Shown here: positions 18,704 through 28,439 of the stretch, piece after piece
Layout of the letters: every line of letters begins with the position of its first letter
Numbering within the stretch: the first letter of the stretch is position 1
IMG/VR virus record: IMGVR_UViG_3300042731_011014
Span: 113,891-177,890 of that record
Length of the DNA: 64,000 nt
Source: a virus
Strand: one strand, 5' to 3'
The notes under the pieces: model-generated
Told to the model about the DNA's origin: nothing
Seen by the model: the letters and a program-made list of their open reading frames with translations, nothing else
Databases searched by the model: none
Position numbers and translations under genes: made by a program

Positions 18704-19441
18704 CTATTCCTTTTGGTGCATATTGTGTTTACCTTCTTTAACTGCCTTATAGACAACCGGATCATTCAAATCTATTTGCCCCTCAACTCTAATAGTTACC
18801 GACCATACAGCTAATCGATTACCTATTTCAGCAAATTCGCTAATATCTGAAAATCCTTCAAGATAAACATCGTATGTTCTGTCCTCATCAAGGCTATCTT
18901 TCACGTTAACCAACGAATATGGCTGATAAGTTCTTAGGACCTTCTTTAAAATAGCCTGCGTAACTCTCCTGTATTTGGATCGAATAATTATGGTGTAGTT
19001 AATATCATAGGGCCATGCCATAACTTTAGTTTCGTAAGAATCATATCCATTAAGGGTTGTCCCGTCAGGCTTTGTAATCACAACCGGATTTGCACCATCA
19101 GCAGGTCTTTTATACTGCAAACCAAGGGAAGGCCATCTTCCAAGTGCCAAAACCGGCTCACCATTTCTTTGGACCTCAATTGAAGGTAAAACGTGATTTT
19201 CAACTGTCGCCTTCGGATTGGTAAAAGTTATCGGGATACCTGGAGCAGTAGTGCCTGTACTATCAACAGGTAAATCTGATGAACCTAGCCCGGCTATATC
19301 GCCTAATGGAATTATGTAATTTTGCTGATTATTACCGTCCTGGGACCATCCAAGCAACTGTCCTCCCATAGTAGTAATTACACCCGTATCAAAATCCCTA
19401 ACCCAAACATCACCAGTTTTTTGATCACCAACTAATGGCAT
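18704..19441 (-). CDS. Tail terminator / completion protein (gp15-like)
   Basis: IPITF.NP, LPSIEVQR, AWPYDINYTI.IRSKYR..TQ.IL, ...WSVTIRVEG pattern; upstream of sheath. Confidence 0.7.
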   Translation of the reverse strand: MPLVGDQKTGDVWVRDFDTGVITTMGGQLLGWSQDGNNQQNYIIPLGDIAGLGSSDLPVDSTGTTAPGIPITFTNPKATVENHVLPSIEVQRNGEPVLALGRWPSLGLQYKRPADGANPVVITKPDGTTLNGYDSYETKVMAWPYDINYTIIIRSKYRRVTQAILKKVLRTYQPYSLVNVKDSLDEDRTYDVYLEGFSDISEFAEIGNRLAVWSVTIRVEGQIDLNDPVVYKAVKEGKHNMHQKE

Positions 19442-19451
19442 AATTCACCTG

Positions 19452-19880
19452 CTAACTTGTCTTATGACTGGCGCCAAGTAGACTTGCATAATCGACAACG
19501 GATTTAATTAATACATTGTAGTCATTTTTATCACGCTGACCTGAAAAATTTTGTCTCAGTTTTCCATTTATATCCCTGACGCTAACATTAATCGTCTCCT
19601 CATCCACCTTAACATTGATTTTAAATCCGGTTTTTCTAACCTCCCCATCATGACCAAGTTCTTTTGCTCCAAAATGACCGGTTGCCTTGGCAGTTTCCTT
19701 GGTTACAGAGCTAGATCCCTCCATGTCATGAATAGGAATTGCCATCATATCGGAAATATCAGTCAAGGTAATTTTGGCAACGTCCTCAGGATGGCCATAC
19801 CCCTCAGAAAGGTAAACCTCTCGTTTAAGACCATTTAATTTTTTGTTACATTCTTTAATACTCATTTTTTTTACCCTCAT
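19452..19880 (-). CDS. Hypothetical protein
   Basis: Co-oriented coupled ORF. Confidence 0.55.
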   Translation of the reverse strand: MRVKKMSIKECNKKLNGLKREVYLSEGYGHPEDVAKITLTDISDMMAIPIHDMEGSSSVTKETAKATGHFGAKELGHDGEVRKTGFKINVKVDEETINVSVRDINGKLRQNFSGQRDKNDYNVLIKSVVDYASLLGASHKTS

Positions 19881-20701
19881 GTAACTTTACTTTGAAATTT
19901 CAAAAACTTAATTGCATCACTTTCAGATATTGATTGTTTATCGCTTGGCTTTTTCCACTCCCTATTAAACGGGTTTGTAAGAACATCTGTGATGTCCTTA
20001 TTTTTTGCTATTTCACGAGGAAGTGCTCTTTTTACTTTTTGGATCATAGGCCTCCAATGCGGGGTGATTCTTGTACCACCTAGACCAAATTCCATTCTGA
20101 TTGCATTAAAAACAACATCAGGGATAGTTTTTGATTCCTGTGGAGGTTGTTCCATCTCAGATCCGGGAATTGTGTCCCTTTTACTTATTCCAGCCTTGCG
20201 TAAAACTTCATCTATTGTTTTATTTTGAGATTTCCTTCGTTTTCTAACCTGTACTACTTCGTCCTTGCTCACTTTTCTATAGATAACATCAGCCTGGTCA
20301 CCGGATGGAACAACAGGAATAGTATCTATAGTCCACGGGCTTAGGTCTTCAATCATTTGAAGCCATTCGTCAATGCTCTCATTTGCAGTGCGCTTAACTC
20401 TTACATAAACAATATCATGCTGGGGCTCAAGTTCTCTTAAATGCCTCTTACTCATAGTCTCAACAGATGAAATTATCGCAGCTCCAGTCGATCCATCCGA
20501 TAACTCCACCTGTTTAATAACTAAACTATCCCCATATTCGTTATCATCCTCGCTATCAGGTATCCTATCTTTAAGTAATTCGAGGCCTTTTTCGGCTGCT
20601 GTTTCAACACAGATCTGCATTGCGCGTTTAACCCTTTTGTCAAACTCACCTAAAAGCTTCCTATATCTTTGCCAGTTATCCGGCGGCGAAACCTTTAACA
20701 T
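19877..20701 (-). CDS. Putative neck/tail morphogenesis protein (HK97 gp10-like)
   Basis: N-terminal helical EFDKRVKRAM..., C-terminal MEFGLGG....PHWRP motif; next to tail terminator. Confidence 0.5.
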   Translation of the reverse strand: MLKVSPPDNWQRYRKLLGEFDKRVKRAMQICVETAAEKGLELLKDRIPDSEDDNEYGDSLVIKQVELSDGSTGAAIISSVETMSKRHLRELEPQHDIVYVRVKRTANESIDEWLQMIEDLSPWTIDTIPVVPSGDQADVIYRKVSKDEVVQVRKRRKSQNKTIDEVLRKAGISKRDTIPGSEMEQPPQESKTIPDVVFNAIRMEFGLGGTRITPHWRPMIQKVKRALPREIAKNKDITDVLTNPFNREWKKPSDKQSISESDAIKFLKFQSKVT

Positions 20702-21175
20702 TTACTTTCTTTCTATTGGTGCAAGTGTCTCCAGATCTTCCAATAGTGTACTATCTAATCCAAAAATGGAGTTTTCTTTATACATTTTAGCTATTTTTGG
20801 CGCCTTTCCCGTATCAATGTAATCATCGATTTTCTTGATAGTTTTAGTAGGCTTCTTTTCCTTTGATTTGGGAAAATGCTTCTTAATTACCTTCTCAATT
20901 TTCAACGCAAGATCGTTGGCAGATTTTATTTTGAGTTCGGGTTTCTTTTTTGCTTCATTAAGTGAATCAATTAAGTCACTTAATGACATTTCCTCTTTCT
21001 TAAACGCTATTATATCAGATGGTTTCATATCTTCCCCTGATTTTACACCGCATGCTTTTTTAAGTACGCTATAAGCTATTGCCATATCCTGCTTTGATGG
21101 TGGTTCACCTTTTTTTCGTTTATGGTTTACGTTCCACTGGAACGCTTTCATAGAGCATTGTTTTTTTAATGGCAT
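20702..21175 (-). CDS. Hypothetical basic protein (MPLKK...MAIAYS motif), possible head protein
   Basis: ORF track; internal LIDSLNEA resembles a prohead protease site. Confidence 0.55.
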   Translation of the reverse strand: MPLKKQCSMKAFQWNVNHKRKKGEPPSKQDMAIAYSVLKKACGVKSGEDMKPSDIIAFKKEEMSLSDLIDSLNEAKKKPELKIKSANDLALKIEKVIKKHFPKSKEKKPTKTIKKIDDYIDTGKAPKIAKMYKENSIFGLDSTLLEDLETLAPIERK

Positions 21176-21564
21176 TATTTCTTTCCATTTGTCATTTTTT
21201 TAATGACCTTATTAAGAACAGGTAGCTTTTTCTCAAGTTCATCTCTAGTAAACATTTCGCTAAAAGACTGTCCTTTTTTACCTAAATCCTTAATCCCAAA
21301 ATTAGGATCGTTGATACTTGCCTTTGCTTTATTCGGCCATTTGGCATAAACAGAATACATGGTATCGCCGTCAATATTATCAACCTCTACGCGAAACACG
21401 TAACCATTAGGATGCTCAAAAAACACTTGCTTCTTTTTATAGGCTATAACATTCCATCCTTTAAATCTTGTTTTTGAAAATAATTTCGTCATAGAAAGAT
21501 CTGTACTCTCATTCAGCACTACTTTTAGCTCATTCAGTTTGATATTAGCCAGCTTGATGTTCAT
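21175..21564 (-). CDS. Hypothetical protein, possible head protein
   Basis: N-terminal ...VVLNES leader-like segment. Confidence 0.55.
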   Translation of the reverse strand: MNIKLANIKLNELKVVLNESTDLSMTKLFSKTRFKGWNVIAYKKKQVFFEHPNGYVFRVEVDNIDGDTMYSVYAKWPNKAKASINDPNFGIKDLGKKGQSFSEMFTRDELEKKLPVLNKVIKKMTNGKK

Positions 21565-21700
21565 TCCTATAGATCCTTTTTTCTCATTATAAACATGAGT
21601 TTTTTGTTATCCCTGATAAGATTGTAGATACCAGCCGCATAATCTCATATTATCTGTTCGTCAATAGATATCATCTCATTTGCTTCAGATATTTTCATGA

Positions 21701-22141
21701 TTATTTTCCTATTATTACAGGATTTTTAACCGTATCTATACGATCACTTTGACCATTGACAGTTTTTTTACTGGCCTCGTTAATTTTAAGTCTTTTGACA
21801 AGATCTAAATGCTTTTCGCAAACCCCAATTACCTTACTAGAAATAGAGCTTTCACTTATAACACCTCTAAGCGCATAGTTAGATTGTTCGCCGCATACGT
21901 AACAAAGGTTTTTAAAGTTAAGTATAGGGCCATCGTAATCGTTAAACGCACCGCCCGATGATGGACTACCGCAACCATTCTGGGATGTACATCTGACTGT
22001 ATTATCCCATCTCTTTAACCCTTTTTCTTTTCCCTCCCAATATTTTTTACACATTGCGCAAACAAATATCAGACCAGTTTTCATCTCGCCAAGTACTTGT
22101 TCCTTCGTAAACATTATTTCTCCAATACTATGAACCACCAA
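21701..22141 (-). CDS. Cys-rich putative zinc-binding protein
   Basis: CAMC, CTSQNGC, CYVC, CEKH. Confidence 0.6.
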   Translation of the reverse strand: MVVHSIGEIMFTKEQVLGEMKTGLIFVCAMCKKYWEGKEKGLKRWDNTVRCTSQNGCGSPSSGGAFNDYDGPILNFKNLCYVCGEQSNYALRGVISESSISSKVIGVCEKHLDLVKRLKINEASKKTVNGQSDRIDTVKNPVIIGK

Positions 22142-23084
22142 AGAGTTTCTTGTTTATATTAGCTCTAAACTTTTTAGCTAGTTCAGGTCCGCCAACTTCC
22201 CATCTTGGGAAATTTTTTATAAACGTTGGGTGATCTATTAATGACCCTTTTGGTATAATCATTATTAAGTCTTTTTTTAGATTCGCAGCCCATATATTAT
22301 TTTCACTTCTTTTTATACCAGATGCAGCTTTTACCGCATCTCTAGTACTACTTCTGGCATAATGCTTAATTAGTTTTTTTATCCTGTCTTTTGCATGAAG
22401 ATTATATACTTTTTCTTTTGGAATATACTCAAACTCTGGAATAAGCTTTTCAACTCTTTTTAAAAGAGCATTCGTAATTTTCTTCCCTGCTAGAAATAAA
22501 TATTTTCTCTCATTTTTATGATAAAATAATGGATAATCAAAACTTTGCCTGAATCCGTAAGTCATGGACATTTTTTCCATTGCATCAGTTACGGTATCAG
22601 CGGATGTTTTTCTATATGCATTCAATACGATTTTTATTCTTTTCTCATCTACTGAACTTAATGATTTCTGATCTTTAGGAATAGTTACAGAATTCTTTAT
22701 TTTAGTTATCATCGATTTGGATAGTTCTTTAGTGATACCAAGAGCTTTATGAACATGATCAAACCCATATGGGGTAATACTTTTATCATCTTTATGCCAA
22801 ACATAAAAGATATGAACTATCTTCCTGTTACATGTCGAACATATTTCAGCTCTATCCCAATCACTCACCCTAACATCCTTAACTTCATCACCAATTTCTC
22901 TAATGTCCCATTTCCAAGGCCAAATATAAGACACAACCTTATTTCCATTTGGACCCTCAAAGTTATCTTTTCTAAGGGCAGATTTTAACCAGTTTTTATT
23001 TGTATACTTAGATATAATTTTATCCTCAAAAAGACTCTTGTTTTTTCTGATAAAATCCAATCCCTCTCTAAAAATTTTACTCAT
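22128..23084 (-). CDS. Putative internal head protein (shared leader family, copy 1)
   Basis: Leader MSKIFREGLDFIRKNKSLFE; CSTC..IVH...YGFDH motif. Confidence 0.6.
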   Translation of the reverse strand: MSKIFREGLDFIRKNKSLFEDKIISKYTNKNWLKSALRKDNFEGPNGNKVVSYIWPWKWDIREIGDEVKDVRVSDWDRAEICSTCNRKIVHIFYVWHKDDKSITPYGFDHVHKALGITKELSKSMITKIKNSVTIPKDQKSLSSVDEKRIKIVLNAYRKTSADTVTDAMEKMSMTYGFRQSFDYPLFYHKNERKYLFLAGKKITNALLKRVEKLIPEFEYIPKEKVYNLHAKDRIKKLIKHYARSSTRDAVKAASGIKRSENNIWAANLKKDLIMIIPKGSLIDHPTFIKNFPRWEVGGPELAKKFRANINKKLFGGS

Positions 23085-23124
23085 TATATTTCCTTATTTT
23101 TAAGTCTAATCCATATCATTTTCT

Positions 23125-24294
23125 CTAATGCTTTTGCATTACTTTTCTTATTTCTCCATCGCTTGTTTTATCTATCATATCTGCCAATCTTCTCATGTCA
23201 GTTAGTGTTTTTATGGCTTTTTTGGTTGGTTTTTTTGTTTTTGATGCTTTTATAATCTGCTTGGGGACCTCTAGAATAAGATCCTCAAGGTTAGCATATG
23301 AGTATTTCCCTTTGCTTACAAACCGTGTACGAAATAATTCATCAAAGGGGAATTTCAAAATTCTATATGCCCTATTGTTATGCCAATCCGGATAATTTCC
23401 TTTTTTGTAATCATTTATAAAATCAGTAATGCCTTTTCTTATCTCGTCATTATCATAACTATCGTCATCTTTTCTTATGTCCAAAAGAACGTCCCCAAGT
23501 TTTTTCATAAAATTAAGAATTTTATTAAAATCAGATTTCCATTCGCTTTTGTCGCCAAGGCCAATGTCAGCTTCTTTTTCGCCGAACTTACTGGCAATTT
23601 TGTTAAATATAATCATTTGTTTTGGTGACAGTGTCTTGCCGCGCTTAATCTGAGATCTAAACGAATCAATCATATCGTGATCACTATGAGGATCGCCTTT
23701 ATAGTCGTCATCCGGGACATTCCCAAAAATTACATCCTCAATTTTATCGCGGATTTCATTGACCTTTTTGAGCATTTTTTCGTCAACTTTTACATTAAAA
23801 AAATCAACAACTATCTCAGGCAAAATATTTGGATCTCTTTTAAACTTTTGTTCAACCTTGGAAAAGTTCATTTTAAAGTCACCACCTTCACTTTTTGGAT
23901 GATCAACTTTCACTTTTCCATGGTAAACAACACCGCCACTATCAAGGATAGTCATGAATGCATGGTATCTTATCTTCGATTTGGTTTTTCTTCCAAATTC
24001 TTTAAGTTGAATTTTTTCGGCCACAACAATTGAATTTTTCCCATGATCATGACCCATTTTCTTAGCAATATCAGAAGCTTTTTTAAAATCAGTAGATCTA
24101 AAGCTATGACGTGAGATATTTTTGCCCGCATTCAATAAAAACTTACCCTGCCTGTCAGATTTCCATTCGCCCTTGTTATTTTTAATGAGGGTATTAACCG
24201 ATTTATAGAAATCAACTATAGCCTCGTCTAATTGCTCAAAAATAAGCGAAGCTTCCCTAATTAGGCTTAATCCATGTTCTAATATTTTACTCAT
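23125..24294 (-). CDS. Putative internal head protein (shared leader family, copy 2)
   Basis: Leader MSKILEHGLSLIREASLIFEQLDE. Confidence 0.6.
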   Translation of the reverse strand: MSKILEHGLSLIREASLIFEQLDEAIVDFYKSVNTLIKNNKGEWKSDRQGKFLLNAGKNISRHSFRSTDFKKASDIAKKMGHDHGKNSIVVAEKIQLKEFGRKTKSKIRYHAFMTILDSGGVVYHGKVKVDHPKSEGGDFKMNFSKVEQKFKRDPNILPEIVVDFFNVKVDEKMLKKVNEIRDKIEDVIFGNVPDDDYKGDPHSDHDMIDSFRSQIKRGKTLSPKQMIIFNKIASKFGEKEADIGLGDKSEWKSDFNKILNFMKKLGDVLLDIRKDDDSYDNDEIRKGITDFINDYKKGNYPDWHNNRAYRILKFPFDELFRTRFVSKGKYSYANLEDLILEVPKQIIKASKTKKPTKKAIKTLTDMRRLADMIDKTSDGEIRKVMQKH

Positions 24295-24297
24295 ACC

Positions 24298-24762
24298 TTA
24301 CTCCATTTCGGATATGATAGCGGATAAATCGCCTATTATACTCTCTTCTTTTTCCTGCTTCTGATACAATGAACTTAGCCCGTCAGTATTTATTTCGCCT
24401 TCGACCTTTGCGCATGACTTAGGCGAACTGAAGTGCTTACAATTTCCGCACCGCTTATTAGGGTCCTCTGATGTTTCAACATAACTGGCAGTCTCCTTGG
24501 ACACCTTTCCTTTCTTACTATCGCTTTTCTTTCTTATACTCACATCAGATTTTTTGTTACTAATATTGGTGTTTCCTTTTTCCTTGTTATCCTCTTTACT
24601 TTTTTTAAGTGTCGGAGGTGGATCAGCCCTGTTGCCATCATCACCAATATTAGCGTCAGCGTCGTTATCCTGATCACTATCTTTGTCTTCTTTTTCGAGA
24701 ATATATTTCACTGTATCCTCAAGAAATTGAAGACCTTCTTTTAATATACTATTGTGTTTCAT
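24298..24762 (-). CDS. Putative internal head protein (leader copy 3) with HiPIP-like Cys motif
   Basis: Leader MKHNSILKEGLQFLEDTVKYILE; C-terminal ASY...KRCGNCKHF...CAKVEGEI..DG. Confidence 0.55.
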   Translation of the reverse strand: MKHNSILKEGLQFLEDTVKYILEKEDKDSDQDNDADANIGDDGNRADPPPTLKKSKEDNKEKGNTNISNKKSDVSIRKKSDSKKGKVSKETASYVETSEDPNKRCGNCKHFSSPKSCAKVEGEINTDGLSSLYQKQEKEESIIGDLSAIISEME

Positions 24763-25016
24763 AATTTTATTCCTTTTTCTTTTGCTAACGCTCTCAGATC
24801 GTCAATACTCATATTGTCAAGAATATACGTCTCGTATCCTTTTGATGCATCCATTACCTTATACCTACCACTTATTTTTTTGGCATCGCCGGATCTTTTA
24901 AATGCTTTAAAAATCGCCCTTATAATTTTCATTTTAATATCAGCTTCAACAATCACTGAATGTTTTCTGATAAACTCTAAACCATTTTGAAGAATCTTAC
25001 CGTATTTCATAATCAC
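24759..25016 (-). CDS. Putative internal head protein (leader copy 4)
   Basis: Leader MKYGKILQNGLEFIRKHSVIVEA. Confidence 0.55.
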   Translation of the reverse strand: MIMKYGKILQNGLEFIRKHSVIVEADIKMKIIRAIFKAFKRSGDAKKISGRYKVMDASKGYETYILDNMSIDDLRALAKEKGIKL

Positions 25017-25017
25017 C

Positions 25018-25566
25018 TCACGTATTCATCTTTCTTTCAGGAGTGAATTTAGAATGACGAATTAGCTCAAGGTTGAAACAATCATAAGTTGTACCGGTAT
25101 CTTTGTCTCGATCTATGCTGGTTATATCGAATTTAATACCATTCATTTCAACAATATCGCCTATTTTTGGGACAATTGTTTTGTCAGTAACTTCAGATGT
25201 TGCGTTAAGAGCAGTCTCCCAGTCCCCAAAAAGGATTTTTATTCGGGTATCAAAGGTTTTATACTTACCTTTTTCATCACCTGTTGTAGTGGTTCCAACA
25301 AACGCATAGAAGAAATCAAGCTCAAAACCAAAATCAACCTCTTTGATGTACTCGTTATTGATTGGTTCGTCATATAGTGGATCCCTGACAGTAGTGGCAA
25401 GATTTAGAACTATGTATCGACCGGTAGTCTTTCCGGCCATGTCGCTTAGATCTATGTATTTATCATTAAGGCCAAAGCTTTTCTTAGTATCCTCAATCTC
25501 AGATATTATGTTTGTAAAAAACGCGGCTTCACGTTCCTGACATTTTGGCTTTGAGTCACAGCTCAT
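25018..25566 (-). CDS. Head closure / neck protein (gp14-like)
   Basis: DPLYDEP, PKIGDIVE...FDIT motifs; downstream of the gp13-like gene. Confidence 0.65.
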   Translation of the reverse strand: MSCDSKPKCQEREAAFFTNIISEIEDTKKSFGLNDKYIDLSDMAGKTTGRYIVLNLATTVRDPLYDEPINNEYIKEVDFGFELDFFYAFVGTTTTGDEKGKYKTFDTRIKILFGDWETALNATSEVTDKTIVPKIGDIVEMNGIKFDITSIDRDKDTGTTYDCFNLELIRHSKFTPERKMNT

Positions 25567-25567
25567 A

Positions 25568-25981
25568 CTATCCCCATCTTATTCGGCCACCAAAGCACTT
25601 GACAAGGTGTTCAAGGTGTTGCCTGGCCTCTTGTAATGGTGACATTTTTGGTTTTCTAACAGGTTCAAAATCATCTTCCTCGATACTGTAGTTGATCAAA
25701 CTTTCGTCATCATCAACGCCAGGTACACTGCAAAACATATCTATTTCACTATCAATCTCAGGACCACCTAACCCAAGCATCATATTACTAGTTCCACCAC
25801 CTCCTTTAAGTATAAGATCCTCAAGCGGTGTACCCTGCATCTTAGGAGGAACAAATTGCTCAACCATTTTTTGCTTTTTCGACCTAGCAGGTTTACGTGC
25901 CTGTGGCGATTGTCGTCTTGGTTGTTTTTTATTTGGAACCTTACATATACTAATGATTTCATCCATAAAGTTACTCATCAT
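25568..25981 (-). CDS. Hypothetical protein
   Basis: Co-oriented coupled ORF. Confidence 0.55.
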   Translation of the reverse strand: MMSNFMDEIISICKVPNKKQPRRQSPQARKPARSKKQKMVEQFVPPKMQGTPLEDLILKGGGGTSNMMLGLGGPEIDSEIDMFCSVPGVDDDESLINYSIEEDDFEPVRKPKMSPLQEARQHLEHLVKCFGGRIRWG

Positions 25982-26556
25982 CTGCCCCTTTTTAGATCTC
26001 TTTCTATTCTTCTCTGCGTGCTTCGTCTTAGTGGTGACTTCTCTTTTTTGGGGACTTTCTTGCTCTTCTCTTTTTCCTTGCCTTTCTCCGCTTTGGCTTT
26101 TCTCGCTTCTTTACCTTGCTTTGTTCCGGTAGCCCCTCCAGATTTTTTATCATCATCTTTTTTACCCCTATTTAGACGTTTCAAGTATCTATTATACTCA
26201 CGCTCAAACCTAAGTGTCATAAAATTGTAATGCGAAGTTTTTCTAGCGCCGCCACGCTCAAACGCATGCTTAAAATCACGTCTTACACCGCGCTGTGTTC
26301 GCTTCATATCCGAGACTTTCCCTTTATGGGACCCTCGTTTATAGAACGCTGATAAGCCATCCTTATGATGGTGCCAGGGTTTTGTCATAACATGTCTGCA
26401 CATATTCATCGCAGCAAAAGCCCTGGTACCTTTTTTAGGTTTGAACTTTCTGTTTTTATAAACAGCCAAGGTGCAGTGTTTAATGAGCGTAGGTGCCTGT
26501 TTTAAATCCGATTCACCAGCTTCAGCTAAAAGATGTTTTATACTAATAAGTTTCAT
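25978..26556 (-). CDS. Highly basic hypothetical protein (possible DNA-binding head protein)
   Basis: Lys/Arg-rich; N-terminal HLLAEA cleavage-like site. Confidence 0.55.
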   Translation of the reverse strand: MKLISIKHLLAEAGESDLKQAPTLIKHCTLAVYKNRKFKPKKGTRAFAAMNMCRHVMTKPWHHHKDGLSAFYKRGSHKGKVSDMKRTQRGVRRDFKHAFERGGARKTSHYNFMTLRFEREYNRYLKRLNRGKKDDDKKSGGATGTKQGKEARKAKAEKGKEKEKSKKVPKKEKSPLRRSTQRRIERDLKRGR

Positions 26557-27442
26557 TTATTACTTTAGCCTTTTCAAATTTATACCTTCCAAAACAATCA
26601 AAACCTTGAGTATTAAAAATCTTTTTAATCTCCGGTCTTACATTTTCAGATCTATCAACTATCCAAATACACTCTGTACGTTCTTTATCAATGCTAACTT
26701 CTTTTATTTTAGAAGCGAATATTTTAACTTCAAACCTGATAGTAAACCATTCATCTGGAACATAGTTGTTATCATATCCTGATAAAACGAATGAGCCCTC
26801 TGCATTATTAAGAGCAAGGATAAGGTTTTTATAATAGCTATCGTCAATTTTAAATTCATAGTTCTGATCAGTGCCAATATATGGCGGGTCACAATAAAAT
26901 AAAGTTTGCGGACTGTCCCATTTTTTAATTATATTAATAGCATCATCACATTCAATATAAACACTCTGCAATCTATCAAGTGGACTTTTTAATCTGTTAT
27001 TCCCATTAGACCAAGTAACACAATGATTTTGAGTAAATAAACCAAAACCCCATCCGCCATTTTCTATTTTTGCAAATGATTGATTTATATTAACATAATA
27101 CGCCCATGCTTTTTCCAGATCGCTAGCGCCATTAGGATTTTTACATATTTCTACAGCCTTTTTATGTTCAGCCTTAGAGTATGGAGTAAGTTTTAAATGC
27201 CTTATTAATTCTTCACCATCATCACTACGTAGCACCCTAAAAAAATTAACTAAAAGCTCATTTTTATCGTTAAGAACTTCACGATAGTGAGTACTGTTAG
27301 TTATCATAGGTAGTGGTTTTGTAAAAAATACTGCTGCACCACCACAGAAAGGCTCTACATAAACAGTGTGATTGGGGAAATACTTCACAATTTTCGAAGC
27401 TATACGCTGCTTGCCACCATAATACGAAATAGGAGTTTTCAT
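26543..27442 (-). CDS. dam: DNA adenine methyltransferase (Dam/D12 class)
   Basis: YYGGKQRIA, YVEPFCGGAAVFF, EVLND, FYCDPPY, FVLSGY motifs. Confidence 0.93.
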   Translation of the reverse strand: MKTPISYYGGKQRIASKIVKYFPNHTVYVEPFCGGAAVFFTKPLPMITNSTHYREVLNDKNELLVNFFRVLRSDDGEELIRHLKLTPYSKAEHKKAVEICKNPNGASDLEKAWAYYVNINQSFAKIENGGWGFGLFTQNHCVTWSNGNNRLKSPLDRLQSVYIECDDAINIIKKWDSPQTLFYCDPPYIGTDQNYEFKIDDSYYKNLILALNNAEGSFVLSGYDNNYVPDEWFTIRFEVKIFASKIKEVSIDKERTECIWIVDRSENVRPEIKKIFNTQGFDCFGRYKFEKAKVINETY

Positions 27443-27621
27443 TTACCACCAACAAGTTTCATTGCTTTTTCTCGACCCTCATTAGGCTGACCAGTTTTCG
27501 GATCAACATTAAATAAACCAGGAGGAAGTCTCATATACTTACCAGCAAAAGTAGCTGCACTTTTACACGCCTTCTCATAATTCAAATTAAGTTCTTTCAT
27601 ATTCCTCATGAATTTCGCCAT
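27439..27621 (-). CDS. Hypothetical protein
   Basis: 60 aa; ATGA overlap with dam. Confidence 0.45.
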   Translation of the reverse strand: MAKFMRNMKELNLNYEKACKSAATFAGKYMRLPPGLFNVDPKTGQPNEGREKAMKLVGGK

Positions 27622-27679
27622 AATTAGTACCTGGAGCTATTCCAGAAAGCATTCTTAATTCTTCTACAAGTTTCATTAG

Positions 27680-28423
27680 TCACTCCGTAAAAAAGCTTAA
27701 TGGGTAAAAATTTCTTGCTTCCTCTTTTAAGATCTCAAGCTCCTTGTCTGACTCATCAAGTAACTGGGCACCATCAAGTACCACTGCACCACCGGGTACA
27801 GGAATATTATCGAACTTGGATCGGATCCTACCAAGCGTTTGCTTTGCGTGTGCTATGCAGCATTTTCTCAGAAAATCCTCCTCACGCGGTCGAAGCCGAT
27901 CTCCGTCAACAATACTTCTTTTATATTCAAAAATAGCTGTCCCACTTTGAGTACGCTCCGGCATTATAAGAAGAATGCCAGTATCAAAATCAAACTCAAA
28001 AGCAGTGTCACCACTAAGAACCCGTTTTATTTGCTCTTGATGCTGAATCGATTGAACGATCCCGCTATACGTCAATTCAGACGAAATATGAGCGCTTTCA
28101 TAGGGCACACCAGACAGTCCAAGGAAATCATAATTGAGCATAAAACTAACGTCTACAGGGCCAGCAGGGAGCCATAACTTAGTCACAGAAACAAGTTCGT
28201 CAAACTCGTCAGCAGACAGAATCGTGCTAAGATCGTATTCCATAACCCCAGCTGTAATTTGGAATGATGCCTTTTTCTTTTTTCCAAGACGAGCAGAATA
28301 CCACCTCAAACCGTCGTCAATAGCATCATCAAGATCATTACTGCTAAGTTCAACACACATCTGTTCGCCGCCAAGCTTACGAACAATATAATCCTTCAGT
28401 TTAGTTCTCTTAATAACTCCCAT
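27680..28423 (-). CDS. Head-tail adaptor / neck protein (T4 gp13-like)
   Basis: LKDYIVRKLG....VEL...LDDAID..L, AKQTLGRIRSKF..IPVPGG.V.LDG..LL.E. Confidence 0.9.
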   Translation of the reverse strand: MGVIKRTKLKDYIVRKLGGEQMCVELSSNDLDDAIDDGLRWYSARLGKKKKASFQITAGVMEYDLSTILSADEFDELVSVTKLWLPAGPVDVSFMLNYDFLGLSGVPYESAHISSELTYSGIVQSIQHQEQIKRVLSGDTAFEFDFDTGILLIMPERTQSGTAIFEYKRSIVDGDRLRPREEDFLRKCCIAHAKQTLGRIRSKFDNIPVPGGAVVLDGAQLLDESDKELEILKEEARNFYPLSFFTE

Positions 28424-28439
28424 CTAAACATCCTTAGTC

